Source of the DNA: Paraspadella gotoi
Lineage: Eukaryota; Animalia; Chaetognatha
Assembly: GCA_051294375.1 (NCBI GenBank)
Contig: CM119263.1
Span: 16,641,661 to 16,705,660 of the forward strand
Length of the DNA: 64,000 nucleotides
Direction: 5' to 3'
In this document: one piece after another, positions 25,188-37,208 of the stretch
How positions within the stretch are numbered: the first letter of the stretch is position 1
Layout of the letters: each line of letters begins with the position of its first letter
The notes under the pieces: generated by a model
What the model saw: only the letters and a program-made list of their open reading frames with translations
Told to the model about the DNA's origin: nothing
The model's database searches: none
Program-made: the position numbers and the translations under genes

Positions 25188-26489
25188 TCAGAGAGGAATC
25201 CTTTCGTATGAAGTCGGGTTTTTTTTCGTCGTCGTCGTCGTCGAAGATGAGGTAGGAGGCGTTGGTTTTTCCGAAGCGGGATGGGGTTTGAGAGATTGAG
25301 GATAGGGAGGGAGAGGGGGAATGGGTGGGGGGAGATTATGAGGGGCTTCGTAAATGATGCCGGGGCGGCGTTTAGGGGCGCTGGAGTCGAAGCATCTTTT
25401 TCTTCCGATAATCTGCAAGTTCATGTCGCCGATAAAGTCTTGCCTGGCGTAGGTCAGAACTTGCTGGTGTATGAGAGTCATGATGGCGCGGATAGAGAAA
25501 GATCCTTCCCGTTCGTTGAGATTAAGCACGCGCCTAATGCAGATGGGTTCTTCGGCACCTCCGTCATACTGAGAACAAATGTCGCAAAATGACCTCGTCT
25601 GTCTGTCCACGTGTCGATGACCTTTCGCCTCCGACTCCAAAAATTGATCCACTTTCCAAGCGACGCCTTCCTGGAGCTCTTTAAGCTCAAAACCTTTGAG
25701 AGAAAATGAAGGAGATTTAGGATTTATATAACAATCTCTGCCGTCGCCAAATTCGTCTTCGCCTCTAGGCATGAGTATCCCGGGGCAGTTTTCTCCTTGA
25801 ACTCTGGTGTAATGAGCTATTTTAATCGAAGGAAATACTCTCCGAGATGGATCGTTTCTTCCATACTCCACACTCACGAAGACCCCTCTGACGTGGGATA
25901 AAGGGTAAAAGCTCCCCTCTTTTAGATACAATGCGTTGGCATAGCCGATCTCCGCTTGAGTGGCATCAACGGGCAGATCGGTCATGCTTTGAGATTCTCC
26001 ATTTTCATTTAACTCGTTTAATTCAGCCGCTTGCTTAGTTTTAGCGGCGAAGGCAGCTCCTATGCTCCCGAAATTGCTGACGAAAACGCACCATTCTTTA
26101 AAGCTGATACCGAGATTTTGTTTGAATAAAACTCGATCCACTTCCAGATTGGACATAACCTTTTTTTCCCACAAAAGTCCAGAATTACGGATTTTAATGG
26201 TTATGTTTTCGCCTAGAGAAAATTCCACGTTGGCTCTGCTCAGCCCAAATTCTCCAACCGCGCCATTTGCTTTTTTCTCAGAAAGGATCCGAGGAGTAAC
26301 ACGGACGTGGCCCCCACCCGTCAACGTACCAGGGTTCGCCTTCCTCGTCGCCGTCTTCGTCGGCGTCTCCTTCGGCGTCGTCAGCGTCGCCTTCGACGTC
26401 GGCGTCTTTCTCGTCGTCGTCTTGGACGGCGTCGCCTTCGTTGTCGTGGTCGTGGTCGTCGTCGTCGTTTTCTTCGACGGGCGCGACAT
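25188..26489 (-). CDS. Protein with two PC4-like (ssDNA-binding) domains and a Thr/Lys-rich N-terminus
   Basis: 433-aa ORF; FSLGENITIKI..LGISFKEWCVFVSNFGSI and YPLSHVRGVFVSV..IKIAHY..PSFSLKGFELKEL both resemble the PC4 pattern; CDIC follows. Fold call made by eye. Confidence 0.6.
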   Translation of the reverse strand: MSRPSKKTTTTTTTTTTKATPSKTTTRKTPTSKATLTTPKETPTKTATRKANPGTLTGGGHVRVTPRILSEKKANGAVGEFGLSRANVEFSLGENITIKIRNSGLLWEKKVMSNLEVDRVLFKQNLGISFKEWCVFVSNFGSIGAAFAAKTKQAAELNELNENGESQSMTDLPVDATQAEIGYANALYLKEGSFYPLSHVRGVFVSVEYGRNDPSRRVFPSIKIAHYTRVQGENCPGILMPRGEDEFGDGRDCYINPKSPSFSLKGFELKELQEGVAWKVDQFLESEAKGHRHVDRQTRSFCDICSQYDGGAEEPICIRRVLNLNEREGSFSIRAIMTLIHQQVLTYARQDFIGDMNLQIIGRKRCFDSSAPKRRPGIIYEAPHNLPPPIPPLPPYPQSLKPHPASEKPTPPTSSSTTTTTKKNPTSYERIPL

Positions 26490-27995
26490 GGGGCGACCCG
26501 ATAGAGCCTTACCGGTTAGCGCTAAACTGATGCTAATCTATCGCAAAATTTTCTTAAAATCTCATTTTTATTATTATTAACAGAAACGCTATTTATTGTC
26601 TGTCGGTCGCGACGGCGGTGGCGGTGGCGGTGGCAACAGCGCGATGGCGCTGCTGGCGTCGCGGGCGGGCTGCGGTGGCAGTGCAGTTGCGTCGGCGGCG
26701 CGAGGCGGCAGCAGCGCGGGGGAGAGAGGAAGGAGAAGAAGACGACGACGAGGACGACGTCTTATTTGACGCCGAGCGACGATGTCAACGATGATGTCGA
26801 CGATGGAAGGGGGGAGGGAGGTGGGGATTCGGGGAGGGAGAGGAAAACGAAGAAGAGTTTTAAAAAGAGAGAGAGAAGGAATGGGGGAGGGAGGGGAGGG
26901 AGAGGGAAAAACGATTTTTTATTGTCCGCGGTTTTTTTAATAAATTTTTTCCGCATGAACCTTTTGTTTTGATAACTAGCTAAATTTAATAAATTCTAAT
27001 TGAGTTGAGTTGAGTAAACAAAAATAGAGTCGACGAGTTTGTTTTATTAATGGAACGATAAATAAAGCGCGAATAAACTAAAAAGTTAACAATCTGTTAC
27101 CCATTTTTCAGATATTTAAATTTAATTAATTTGACTTAGCGAGCGACAAAGTCTGTCCCGCGCAATTTTATTTGTTATTGAATAAAAAAAATTTTATACC
27201 GCGATTTAAATAAGCGGTTGCCAGACGACGATGTCTGTCGTGCTCGAAAGTTGAGATGCCTTATTTGCATATTGCCGACGCCAAACGAAAATGTCTGTTT
27301 TACTCCATCATGAGTTCAGCGATGCAAACGTGGTCTTGCGTGCAACATCCATAGATTGCCTTAGGTCACACGTTGCTCGCACTCCATTGTGCATCTACTG
27401 AGAGGTATAATAGGAGTCAACGGAAATTAATTCAATTGCACTAAATTTGTATAGCAGCCATGGAACTAAAGTATTAGCCTTTCAAAACGGTTTTTTTGGA
27501 AATCAAACTCATAAGTGGTAAGGCAAAGGTGGAGTATGGAATCAATGATATCCTTGGTCCTGTACCATTAAGGCCACAATGTATTTCTGACCATGTCTAT
27601 CCGTTTATGTTAAATGAGACCGCCCCTTCTTTAAGATTGCGCAATGCCAACCTAACGATTTCGTCGGGATGGTTAAATCGTGAAGCCCGCTTTTTCCTGG
27701 GATCCCGAATCCGAAACCGTTTTTAAAGCGATGTTATTTTTCAACATTTATTCATTTATTTATTAACCTGTTCTTTGATTTCTTCATTTATTCATTTAGT
27801 TATCCCTTATTCTCATTTCATTACATTTCAAAAGTGTTAATTTTTTTTGCATTTCTTGATTTTGGACCTATTATAAAACCGAGAGAACGGAAAAATTAGG
27901 CGAGCGGAAAACGGTTTTTTACATTTTTTCCGGTAGATATAGATATAAGTCGAAAAAATAGGAGGGCTCGAGATAAGGTTATTCACTTTTTGTAA

Positions 27996-29675
27996 TTATA
28001 CTCCCGCTAATGTCCATATCTCTGTCAACCACACGTAAGCAAATTGAGAACCATACTCACGTTGCTCACCAGTCGAAAACCAAGACGTAGTAGGTGCATC
28101 CTTCTTAACAAAGTATTCATATGCTTGTTCCCTTTTCTTGTTATAATAATCCTCTGGAGGATCAAAATAGTACCAGTGGCAAGGCCAACCTGTGACCTTA
28201 CCAATGAACCTCATCGATCGATCCATAAGATAATCTGAGTTAAAAGACAATCCTGCTGTGCCCAGTGAAAGACTTACTAAAACACCAATTAACATCATAA
28301 CTCGCACTATTTCTGTTATTGAATGATGAGAAAATCTAGGTATAAATATTGTAAAAATCCCTATAAAAAAAACAAAAATACAAATAATAGCTGTGCTAAA
28401 ACCAACAATTTTAAATTTTAGTCCTAGTCCAATACTAACCCAAAAAATACCATCAACAATTTCGTCAATGGAGCGAAAAAGTCTGGGATGCGACAAAACA
28501 CACCGAATATACGCAGAGCCCCTGAGCCAATACAGACGTATCCTGACCACGAGAATACTGAAAGAAGAGCTCCAAGGGACAATCTTGCATACCACGGTAG
28601 AAAGTACAAAAGCCAAAACAAGACCATGCCTCCCAATCCATACACGCACACAAAAACTACACTCGGCTGTGCCTTTGTCTCATCACAGATCCAACGCACC
28701 AAATTGGAAACCCTGACGATATCCTCCTCTAGACCTTTAGGAAAACGGGCTAATTGATCCTGTATCAAATACAAGATCGTCTCAGCTGTATCATTGCCCA
28801 AATGTTCAGTAGAAATTATCAGTCTCACCATAAGCTTTCGCCTCTGATTCAATCTGCGACAACAAGGCTGAAAACATATCCCCCTCCGTTTGGGCGGGAT
28901 GTCAGTTTCCCTGAATCGCCTCTCTTCTAACTTCGACATAAACGCTGTGCTCTTGCCTACCATGTCGAATTAGACCCTTTCTTAAAGCCAAAAACCATGC
29001 ATCCTGTCTGCGAACCATTTCTCGTGGACAACACGCATTAGAAGGCAGCAAAACCAGTTCTTTCTGTTCAAGTGAAGATTCCGAGAATGTAATTCGGAAA
29101 ATTTTGTACATTGAGACTCAGAGTTGACTGATGTTGTTCGATCTACATCTTGGCCATCCACTGAAAAAACCCGCTGAAATCCGGGAATTCCAAAATATGT
29201 GTAATGCCTAAGAGTAGTTAAAGGCATAACATCAACCTGATTCTCACCAGCTATGCAACGCATACCCGGTCATGTGCCCTCCTCTTAGCTTTAAATGTGG
29301 TGACTCCAGTGTTTCTCTGAACAAATTGAGCTTGAAAAACCCGGAATCAATTAAGTAGTGTCGCAAGACACCAACAAACCATCCATGGGTTTCTCCAAAT
29401 TGATAACCCATATCAATGAGATATGACTTGACATCCTCCATCTTGAAGGCTTGCCTAACCAACTCCTTAACCAAATCCGGGTTTTTCTTTTCTACAGCTG
29501 ACTGTAACTTCGAAACTATTTCAGCTATCTTTTTTAAATAATCTTGATCTTCATTCTCAGGCCTATGCTTGTGTTCATTCTTTAAAAACTTCTCAAAGTT
29601 CTTTAATCCGTCGTCATGAACCTCACTGCATAATTATTTAACTGCTTCCTAAAGATTATCATTATCAGAGATAGT
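27996..29675 (-). pseudogene. Disrupted unknown gene with C-terminal multi-pass membrane region
   Basis: Chained ORFs 29244-29474, 28982-29263, 28424-28963 and 27996-28649; several hydrophobic segments; in-frame stops; no family recognised. Confidence 0.5.
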
Positions 29676-29841
29676 AAAAGGTCTGTTCTATTGCGAAAAA
29701 TGCCAAGAATGCGGATGTACATTCCTTTCTGATGACGTCATCACTTCCGGCCACACCCACTACTTCCGGTATGACATGACGTCATCGGAAAGGAATGTAC
29801 ATCCGCATTCTCGGCATTTTTCGCAATAGTACAGACCTTTT
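29676..29841. repeat. Long inverted repeat (66-bp arms, 34-nt loop) with TGACGTCA and ACTTCCGG motifs
   Basis: Arms 29676-29741 and 29776-29841 are complementary with 3 mismatches. Confidence 0.9.
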
Positions 29842-30580
29842 TTTATTCTAACAATTTCTTTTTTATAAAACATTTTTACTTTTGGTAATAACATGACGTC
29901 ATCACTTCTGGTCGCACCAACTTTTTCTGGTATGACGTCATCACACGCCTATCGACTCTTTAGCCACGCCTATGACTTGCCTTGTATGACGGAGTAATAG
30001 GTCTCATGTATGACATGACGTCATCTTGAAAGAGCACAACAATTTTTAATGTTGATCAGCAAGAGTATAGTATAGTATAGACTCAGACATTTCAACTCTA
30101 TAAGTCACTTGAATAATACAACTAGTTATTGTCTATACAATTTTATAAATCATAACTGACAACCCTATAAGTCACATATCTAAGCAATCTAATAACTCTT
30201 AATCGCCAACTCTATAAGTCACCATTTTAATTCCTTATAGCTGATGCAATTTATTATAAATAATCACAATCATATTTCAAAATAAAAACGGAATGATTTT
30301 TCATGAATTTTTCTTTCTTTATTAATTAAAAAACAAACAATCTTTAATTTCTAAATTTACTACGACTCCGGTCTAGTCTGCCACTCCCACTTTGCGCTTG
30401 TCCCCTTGTCATCTTCGCCATCTTGATTTGCTCTAGAAAAAAAAGAGGCACAATTATAAGTATTGAAATTGTATAAATATNNNNNNNNNNNNNNNNNNNN
30501 NNNNNNNNNNNNNNNNNNNNNNNNNNNNNNNNNNNNNNNNNNNNNNNNNNNNNNNNNNNNNNNNNNNNNNNNNNNNNNNN

Positions 30581-31100
30581 ACGCCTCAACCCGTAAAAGA
30601 GCAGGGAGTCCTTACCCCACCGCTCTTCCAGGCGGAGACCACCAAGCTCACGCCTCAACCCGTAAAAGAGCAGGGAGTCCTTACCCCATCGCTCTTCAAG
30701 ACGGAGACCACCATGCTCATGCCTCGACATCTACAGGGACAGGCGGAGACCACCCTACCCACGCCTCGACTTCTGCAGAAACAGAAAATCCAGTCAATCA
30801 AGCCGGAAGCCCCCAAGCTCTTCAAGGTCCCGTCAAGGGTGCAAGTATGTTTAAAGCTTCTCCCCACACCCATCCAAAGGACCTTACCTAGTTTTTATTT
30901 CTCAACTACGTTCGGGACCCCTTCTCTCCCTTTACGATGAACACGCCAATAATAGAGAAGGTACTGTTGCAACAATTTTAATTGATAAGTTCATAAAGAA
31001 AATACTCACTGAAGGTCATGCCTACCAACGTGAAGTCAATCGATTTCAACAAGTTCCCCTCACCCTCGAAGAGGAATGGCGTATCGCCCATTTAATTAAT
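30581..31100 (+). pseudogene. 5' part of an unknown ORF interrupted by retro copy 2; starts with a 69-bp tandem repeat
   Basis: Frame ...LEEEWRIAHLIN continues in frame as IKEFPDWPTYK at 49614 once the element and one TAAT are removed; repeat units 30581-30649 and 30650-30718. Confidence 0.6.
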
Positions 31101-31429
31101 TGTAGCATCACGATCTTTGTTCTATTAATAACTAAATGGTCGAAGGGAAAATCGTGGGGGTATAAAAGTAAAAATAGAACCCAAGAAAAGATGATTGCGG
31201 TTTTCCCACCCTCTTAGAGAAAGGCCAGTGAAATCCAAAGATCCGGTTGCGCAATATCTTCAAGGAGGTCTCAGAAAGATATAAAAGGGGAAAGCAAGAG
31301 AGAGAGCAGTTCAGTTCCTCTCCACACCAAATTGCTTAAATTTTTGTTGTAAATAGGAATAAAACTTATTCAAACCTTTTATTCATCTTGGACAGCCTCA
31401 GTCAGAGTTCAGTAGCTAGAGATGCTACA
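31101..31429 (+). repeat. 5' LTR of copy 2 (with ~20-bp internal deletion)
   Basis: TGTAGCA...TGCTACA; lacks one arm of the internal hairpin near 31226. Confidence 0.95.
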
Positions 31430-31432
31430 AAT

Positions 31433-31450
31433 TGGCGACCTTGCCAGGAT
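31433..31450 (+). other. Primer binding site of copy 2
   Basis: TGGCGACCTTGCCAGGAT directly after the LTR. Confidence 0.85.
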
Positions 31451-31570
31451 TAATGAACAACTCTGATTGCGTCTGTCCAGAAAATTTTGCTACCACCGCT
31501 TTCACCAAAACGGGAGTCATCGCCGTCCTTCTTGAATCAGTTGTAATTCTTCTCTTGCTTTGCATTCGGG

Positions 31571-34500
31571 ATGGAAGGCGACGAACAGGAACCGACTCCA
31601 CCGGGGACAATCCATCGACCGACCCCGCAGTATCCTTCTTGGAATTATGCTCCGAGATTCGAGCGGCCGGCCGACGAAGCCCAACAGTCGTCACGAGCGG
31701 CAGAGAGAGGCCGAGACCGATGGCCTACTCTCCCGCGCAACATCGGCCGGACGAACTGTTTCAATTACCGCCACCCCGCCACCCGCCTACGTGGAACCCT
31801 CTCCACCCCCATCCTACCGGGCCGCCACAACCAATCCAACGACCACCAACACCGATTGGAAGCGCCGGGACGAGAAGGTAACGGCAACACACCTATTGGC
31901 GGCCATCAACGGATTGGCGTTGCGCTTCCAACACTTGGAGGCGCGCTTGATGAGGTCGATCGCGCGTCAAAGAACTTCTGAAAAAAATGAAGCAGAAGAA
32001 GATCAAGTCGACAGAGGGAGAGGACGTCGTCGACATGCCGGCGCCGAGGACTACAGGTGGTGGAGAGGATCAGGTTGGTGGTGGGAGGATCATGGTGGTG
32101 CTGGAGGATCAGTGGTTGGTGGAGGAGGATCGGGAGGACGCGAACCGGAAGGACGCGGAAGAGGAGGAGGAGGAGGGGCGACGATCCTGACGACGAAGAG
32201 ATGAACGTCTCGAGCTTCCTGCCTCTGGAGCTCGCCGAGGAGTCCCTCCGCCTCGCATAATGAGGAGTCGGTACCGTGGACCGGTGAAGCCTAATTTCCC
32301 GAGGTATTCGGATGGCCAGTCTATTAGGGCTCTCGCCATCACTTTCGAAAATGAGGCACGAGATTGTGAAATACCAACAAAAACTGGCGTTCCAAATTTT
32401 TATCACTACTCGTCGGAAATCCTCTATTTTGGCGAACAAACTATATCGCGAACAACAAGACGTCACCTACGAGGAACTGCGCGACTATCTTGTCAAGGTG
32501 ATGGAGAAAGACCTGGATTGGCATCTCGATATCAGTCCTGACGGCCCGGAAAACTCAGGTGAAGATCTGAGGGCCTATATGGTGTCAGGCTGAGAAATCT
32601 GGCCGTACGAGCCTATGGGCATGAATACACAAATAAACAAATTGAACAAAAGCTTTGGAGGTTATTTACCCAAAATCTCCAAGGTGAGCTAGGGGAAAAG
32701 TTGCGACTTTATTCCCCAAACGCTTGACGAGGCCATAGAAAAGCCAGATCCATGGAAACTTTTGGAATCTCCGAAGGAGCGGCAGCTTGTAGTGGCCGTC
32801 GTGGAACAAACCGGTACGACAAGGAACGGCGTCCAAAAATCGTCCGACGCACTGCTGGGATGTGATCGTCGATCCTGAAGCAGACTGTTGGAGTTACATC
32901 CGAGAAACGGAGGAGCGACGACAATTCACCACTACCACCCCGGCGGAAGGGACCATCACACCACCACCACCTGTCATAAATCATCCAGCCATCGTCGTAA
33001 AGCGATCCAAAATGAAGGAATAGGTGAAAAATCTCGGAACGAAAGTGATTCATTCCTCACAACAACAACAACAGTGTTCAGTGAAGACAAAACTCTTAGT
33101 GACGCCTCCACTTCAATTCCGCCGATGGGAAACTTCACATCGACCTTCGTTGATCCCGGCCAGAGTCACAACGGTGATTCATCACTGTCCTCGTCGTTTG
33201 GCAACTTTAAAGGCGAAGAAACCGATGTCTTGATCCCGGATAAGAAGGAGAGTAACGCCACCAGGACAGAGTCTTCACCAANNNNNNNNNNNNNNNNNNN
33301 NNNNNNNNNNNNNNNNNNNNNNNNNNNNNNNNNNNNNNNNNNNNNNNNNNNNNNNNNNNNNNNNNNNNNNNNNNNNNNNNNNNNNNNNNNNNNNNNNNNN
33401 NNNNNNNNNNNNNNNNNNNNNNNNNNNNNNNNNNNNNNNNNNCTGGGCCCCATATTCCTATATTAATAGGCCAAAATCAAAACGATAGTATTCATATTAT
33501 GTTGGATACGGGAAGTAATATAAATGTTATCTCAGATGAGATATTAGAGAGACTAAATTGTCCAGTAGAAATCAGACCCAGTGATATTTCGTTAAGTGGG
33601 GTAGGGGGAGGAAAAATGAGCACTGTTGGGATGGGAATTATAACTTGTACAATAAATAAATATGTCCAGAATATTAAATTTTATATTGTAAAGGAATCAG
33701 GTATTTGTTTACTAGGTTTAACTGGTATGAAAAAATTCCGTATACAAATATGTACGGATCAAGGAATTATTAAATGTAACAATATTGNNNNNNNNNNNNN
33801 NNNNNNNNNNNNNNNNNNNNNNNNNNNNNNNNNNNNNNNNNNNNNNNNNNNNNNNNNNNNNNNNNNNNNNNNNNNNNNNNNNNNNNNNNNNNNNNNNNNN
33901 NNNNNNNNNNNNNNNNNNNNNNNNNNNNNNNNNNNNNNNNNNNNNNNNNNNNNNNNNNNNNNNNNNNNNNNNNNNNNNNNNNNNNNNNNNNNNNNNNNNN
34001 NNNNNNNNNNNNNNNNNNNNNNNNNNNNNNNNNNNNNNNNNNNNNNNNNNNNNNNNNNNNNNNNNNNNNNNNNNNNNNNNNNNNNNNNNNNNNNNNNNNN
34101 NNNNNNNNNNNNNNNNNNNNNNNNNNNNNNNNAGTAATAAAGAAACAAGAAAATAATATAGTTCCAGTTATAATTAACAATTGGTACACACAACCAATAA
34201 AATTGTATAAAAACACAACAATGGGAGTGGCATCAGAATGTGAAATTCTGATGGAACCAGAAGAGGGAGAAAACCTCTTGGATATGAAGCCTGATAGGAA
34301 GGACGGTGGAAATGATNNNNNNNNNNNNNNNNNNNNNNNNNNNNNNNNNNNNNNNNNNNNNNNNNNNNNNNNNNNNNNNNNNNNNNNNNNNNNNNNNNNN
34401 NNNNNNNNNNNNNNNNNNNNNNNNNNNNNNNNNNNNNNNNNNNNNNNNNNNNNNNNNNNNNNNNNNNNNNNNNNNNNNNNNNNNNNNNNNNNNNNNNNNN

Positions 34501-37208
34501 NNNNNNNNNNNNNNNNNNNNNNNNNNNNNNNNNNNNNNNNNNNNNNNNNNNNNNNNNNNNNNNNNNNNNNNNNNNNNNNNNNNNNNNNNNNNNNNNNNNN
34601 NNNNNNNNNNNNNNNNNNNNNNNNNNNNNNNNNNGCATAAGGCGATAGTTGATCCTCCCCGTCGTTATCCTATCAAAAAACAAAAGGCAATCCAAGAACA
34701 TGTTGATAAATTAGAATCAATAGGAATAATAGAAAATAAGAAAAAGCACAGATGCCTCAATAATCTTTCCTTGTCTGTGTGACAAGAAAAAGACCGATGG
34801 ACCTTATAGAGAAAAAATGCAAGAATGGGCAATAGACATATAGAAAAATAAATTCTATATACTTATACCCATAGTAGTTTAATCCCTAGAATGTCTTGAT
34901 GTTTTAGACGTCGTATATCAAAGGGAAAAAATAAATGGTTTTCTACTATAGATTTAAATTCTGCATTTTATAGAATACCCATGGCACGCGACAATCAATG
35001 CAATATACTGCTTTTCAGGTGCCTAATGGGTCTACTTATTCTTACAATCGCTTACCCTTTGGTTTGTTTAGCACCAGCTACTTTTTTATGCTATGGCGAC
35101 AAAAATGCTGGCTGGAATTTTCATGGCAGAGTGCTTTGGCTTACCTTGACGACATAATTGTTTTCATCCGTAATGATTTCAACTTGAGCATGTTGAGGAG
35201 GGTCCTATGTCGTTTAGAAGATCGGATGAAAGTAAAGCATCAAAATGTTTCTTTTTAGAAACACCATTAAATCTTCTAGGCAATCTTAATCAGGGATGGC
35301 GTGAAGGCAAGATGTTAGGAGAATCACACCACAATTGACCGATCAGCGAGCGGTTAGAATGGATGACACATCCTACAATGGTAAAAGAGGTTCAATCTTT
35401 CGTTGCATTTGCAAATTTTTATCGCCGTTTTGTTTCCGGGTTTTCTGTCATAGCAAGACCTCTCTATCGGTTGACGCAAAAAGAAATTAAATTTGATTGG
35501 ACAGAGGATTGCCAGAAGGCATTTGAAAAATTAAAAGAATTACTCTGTGCTGATACTTGTTTGGCACCTCCAAATTTTGAAAAAGAATTCCATTTGGCAG
35601 TGGACTTCTCAAAAATCGGAGTTGGATATGTATTAGCGCAAATAGATGATTCAACGGGAAAAATGAGACCTATTTTATACGGATCTCAGGCTCATAAGAT
35701 TACGACTAAAGCCTTTAAAGGAGAAAATGATACAGAAAGTAGTTATGTAGGAGAATTAAAGGCCCTTGTAAATTCGATGGAAGCTTGGAAGGCTTATCTG
35801 TTATCAAATAATAATTTTACAGTATATACAGACTGCAAGTCTCTTGTTTACCTTTTAAGGACATCGTCATCTAAAGAGCAATCACCATTTGTTGTGCGTT
35901 GCTTTAGGACGATTAGCTGTTTTCGGGTCCACGTGGAAATTGAAACACGTGGCGGGCACCCGCAATATTGCGGCGGATACGTTATCTCGTATCCGAATTG
36001 AAGAGACTCCCACGGGAACTTGGGAGGAGATCTGTCGAGGGATTTGACAGATCAGTTGGTAGCGCCGGTAATAACAAAAACCCTGCAGGGAAAGCTGGAT
36101 CTGTTGACCCTGAGCAACCTTGGACCCTGATCAAGTTCAAGAACCAGCTGCATGGCAAGATTGGCGCACCTGGCAAGAAAAAGACGGCGACTTAATGAAA
36201 TTAAAAGAATGGATAGAAAAGGAGCTCCGGATAAAAAGATCGCCAGAAGGTTTAGCCCAGCCTTAAGGTCTTACTATGCATCTTTGGAACAATTTGGCAT
36301 TCATGATAATGTCATAGTGAGAAAATGGACTGATGCATCAAATACTGAAGAAGTAAAAAATTTACCCGTCGTGCCAGAAAAAAGGATTCTTGATATTCTT
36401 TTTCTTGCGCACGATATGATGGCCCATCCGGGAATCCAAAGGATGCGAGACCTGATAAAAGATAAATATTATTTTTATTCCCGAAGTACAGCTATTATGA
36501 ATATGTTTCGTCCTGTCAAATATGTTTAAGACGAAAAAAAAACTAATCTTAAAGCCCCACTTGTTCAAGATTCTGCAAAATTCTTTAATGAAAGAGTAGC
36601 ATTAGATTTAAAAATATTACATAAACCATCCAGGGATGGGTATCGTGCTATTTTAGTATGTATTGACTATTGGTCAAAATATACGGTTTTATGCAATTTA
36701 AAATCAGAAACAGCATCTGAAATCTGGACAAATTTTTATAATCAATATGTCAGTTTATTGGCGTACCTAAGACACTAATGACAGATAATGCCGTTGTCTT
36801 TAAAAGCCAAAGTAGCAAGGATTTTTATGACATTATGGGAATTAATAAAACTCATACGTCCAGTTTTCATCCACAATCTGATGGATTAGTGGAAAGACAG
36901 ATGCGAAGTTTAAATTCAATGCTTTCAAAAATCCTCATGGAAGTTGAGGAAGAACAAGTAAAGCTTGGAATTGTAGACCAAGCTGATTGGGGAGATTTAA
37001 CTAAGAAAGTACAATTTGCATTAAATGCTTTACCTTCAAAAGCCACTGGATTTTCTCCATTCAAAGTAATGACAGGTGGAGGAGAAATGTTCACTCCTCT
37101 ATCATTAAGATATCCATTGGAAGATGCTCGACAAGTTCAAGAAGAATTGCCTAACGCAATTAGAGGATTGCAAGTTCGTCAGTCGAAAATCTTTCAAGCA
37201 GTGGCCAA
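31571..37208 (+). pseudogene. gag-pol of copy 2 (frameshifts, N gaps), up to the nested insertion
   Basis: LDTGS (33499), AYLDD (34998-35258), RNase H (35363-36001), AHDMMAHPG, TDNA..HPQSDGLVER (36778 onward). Confidence 0.92.
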
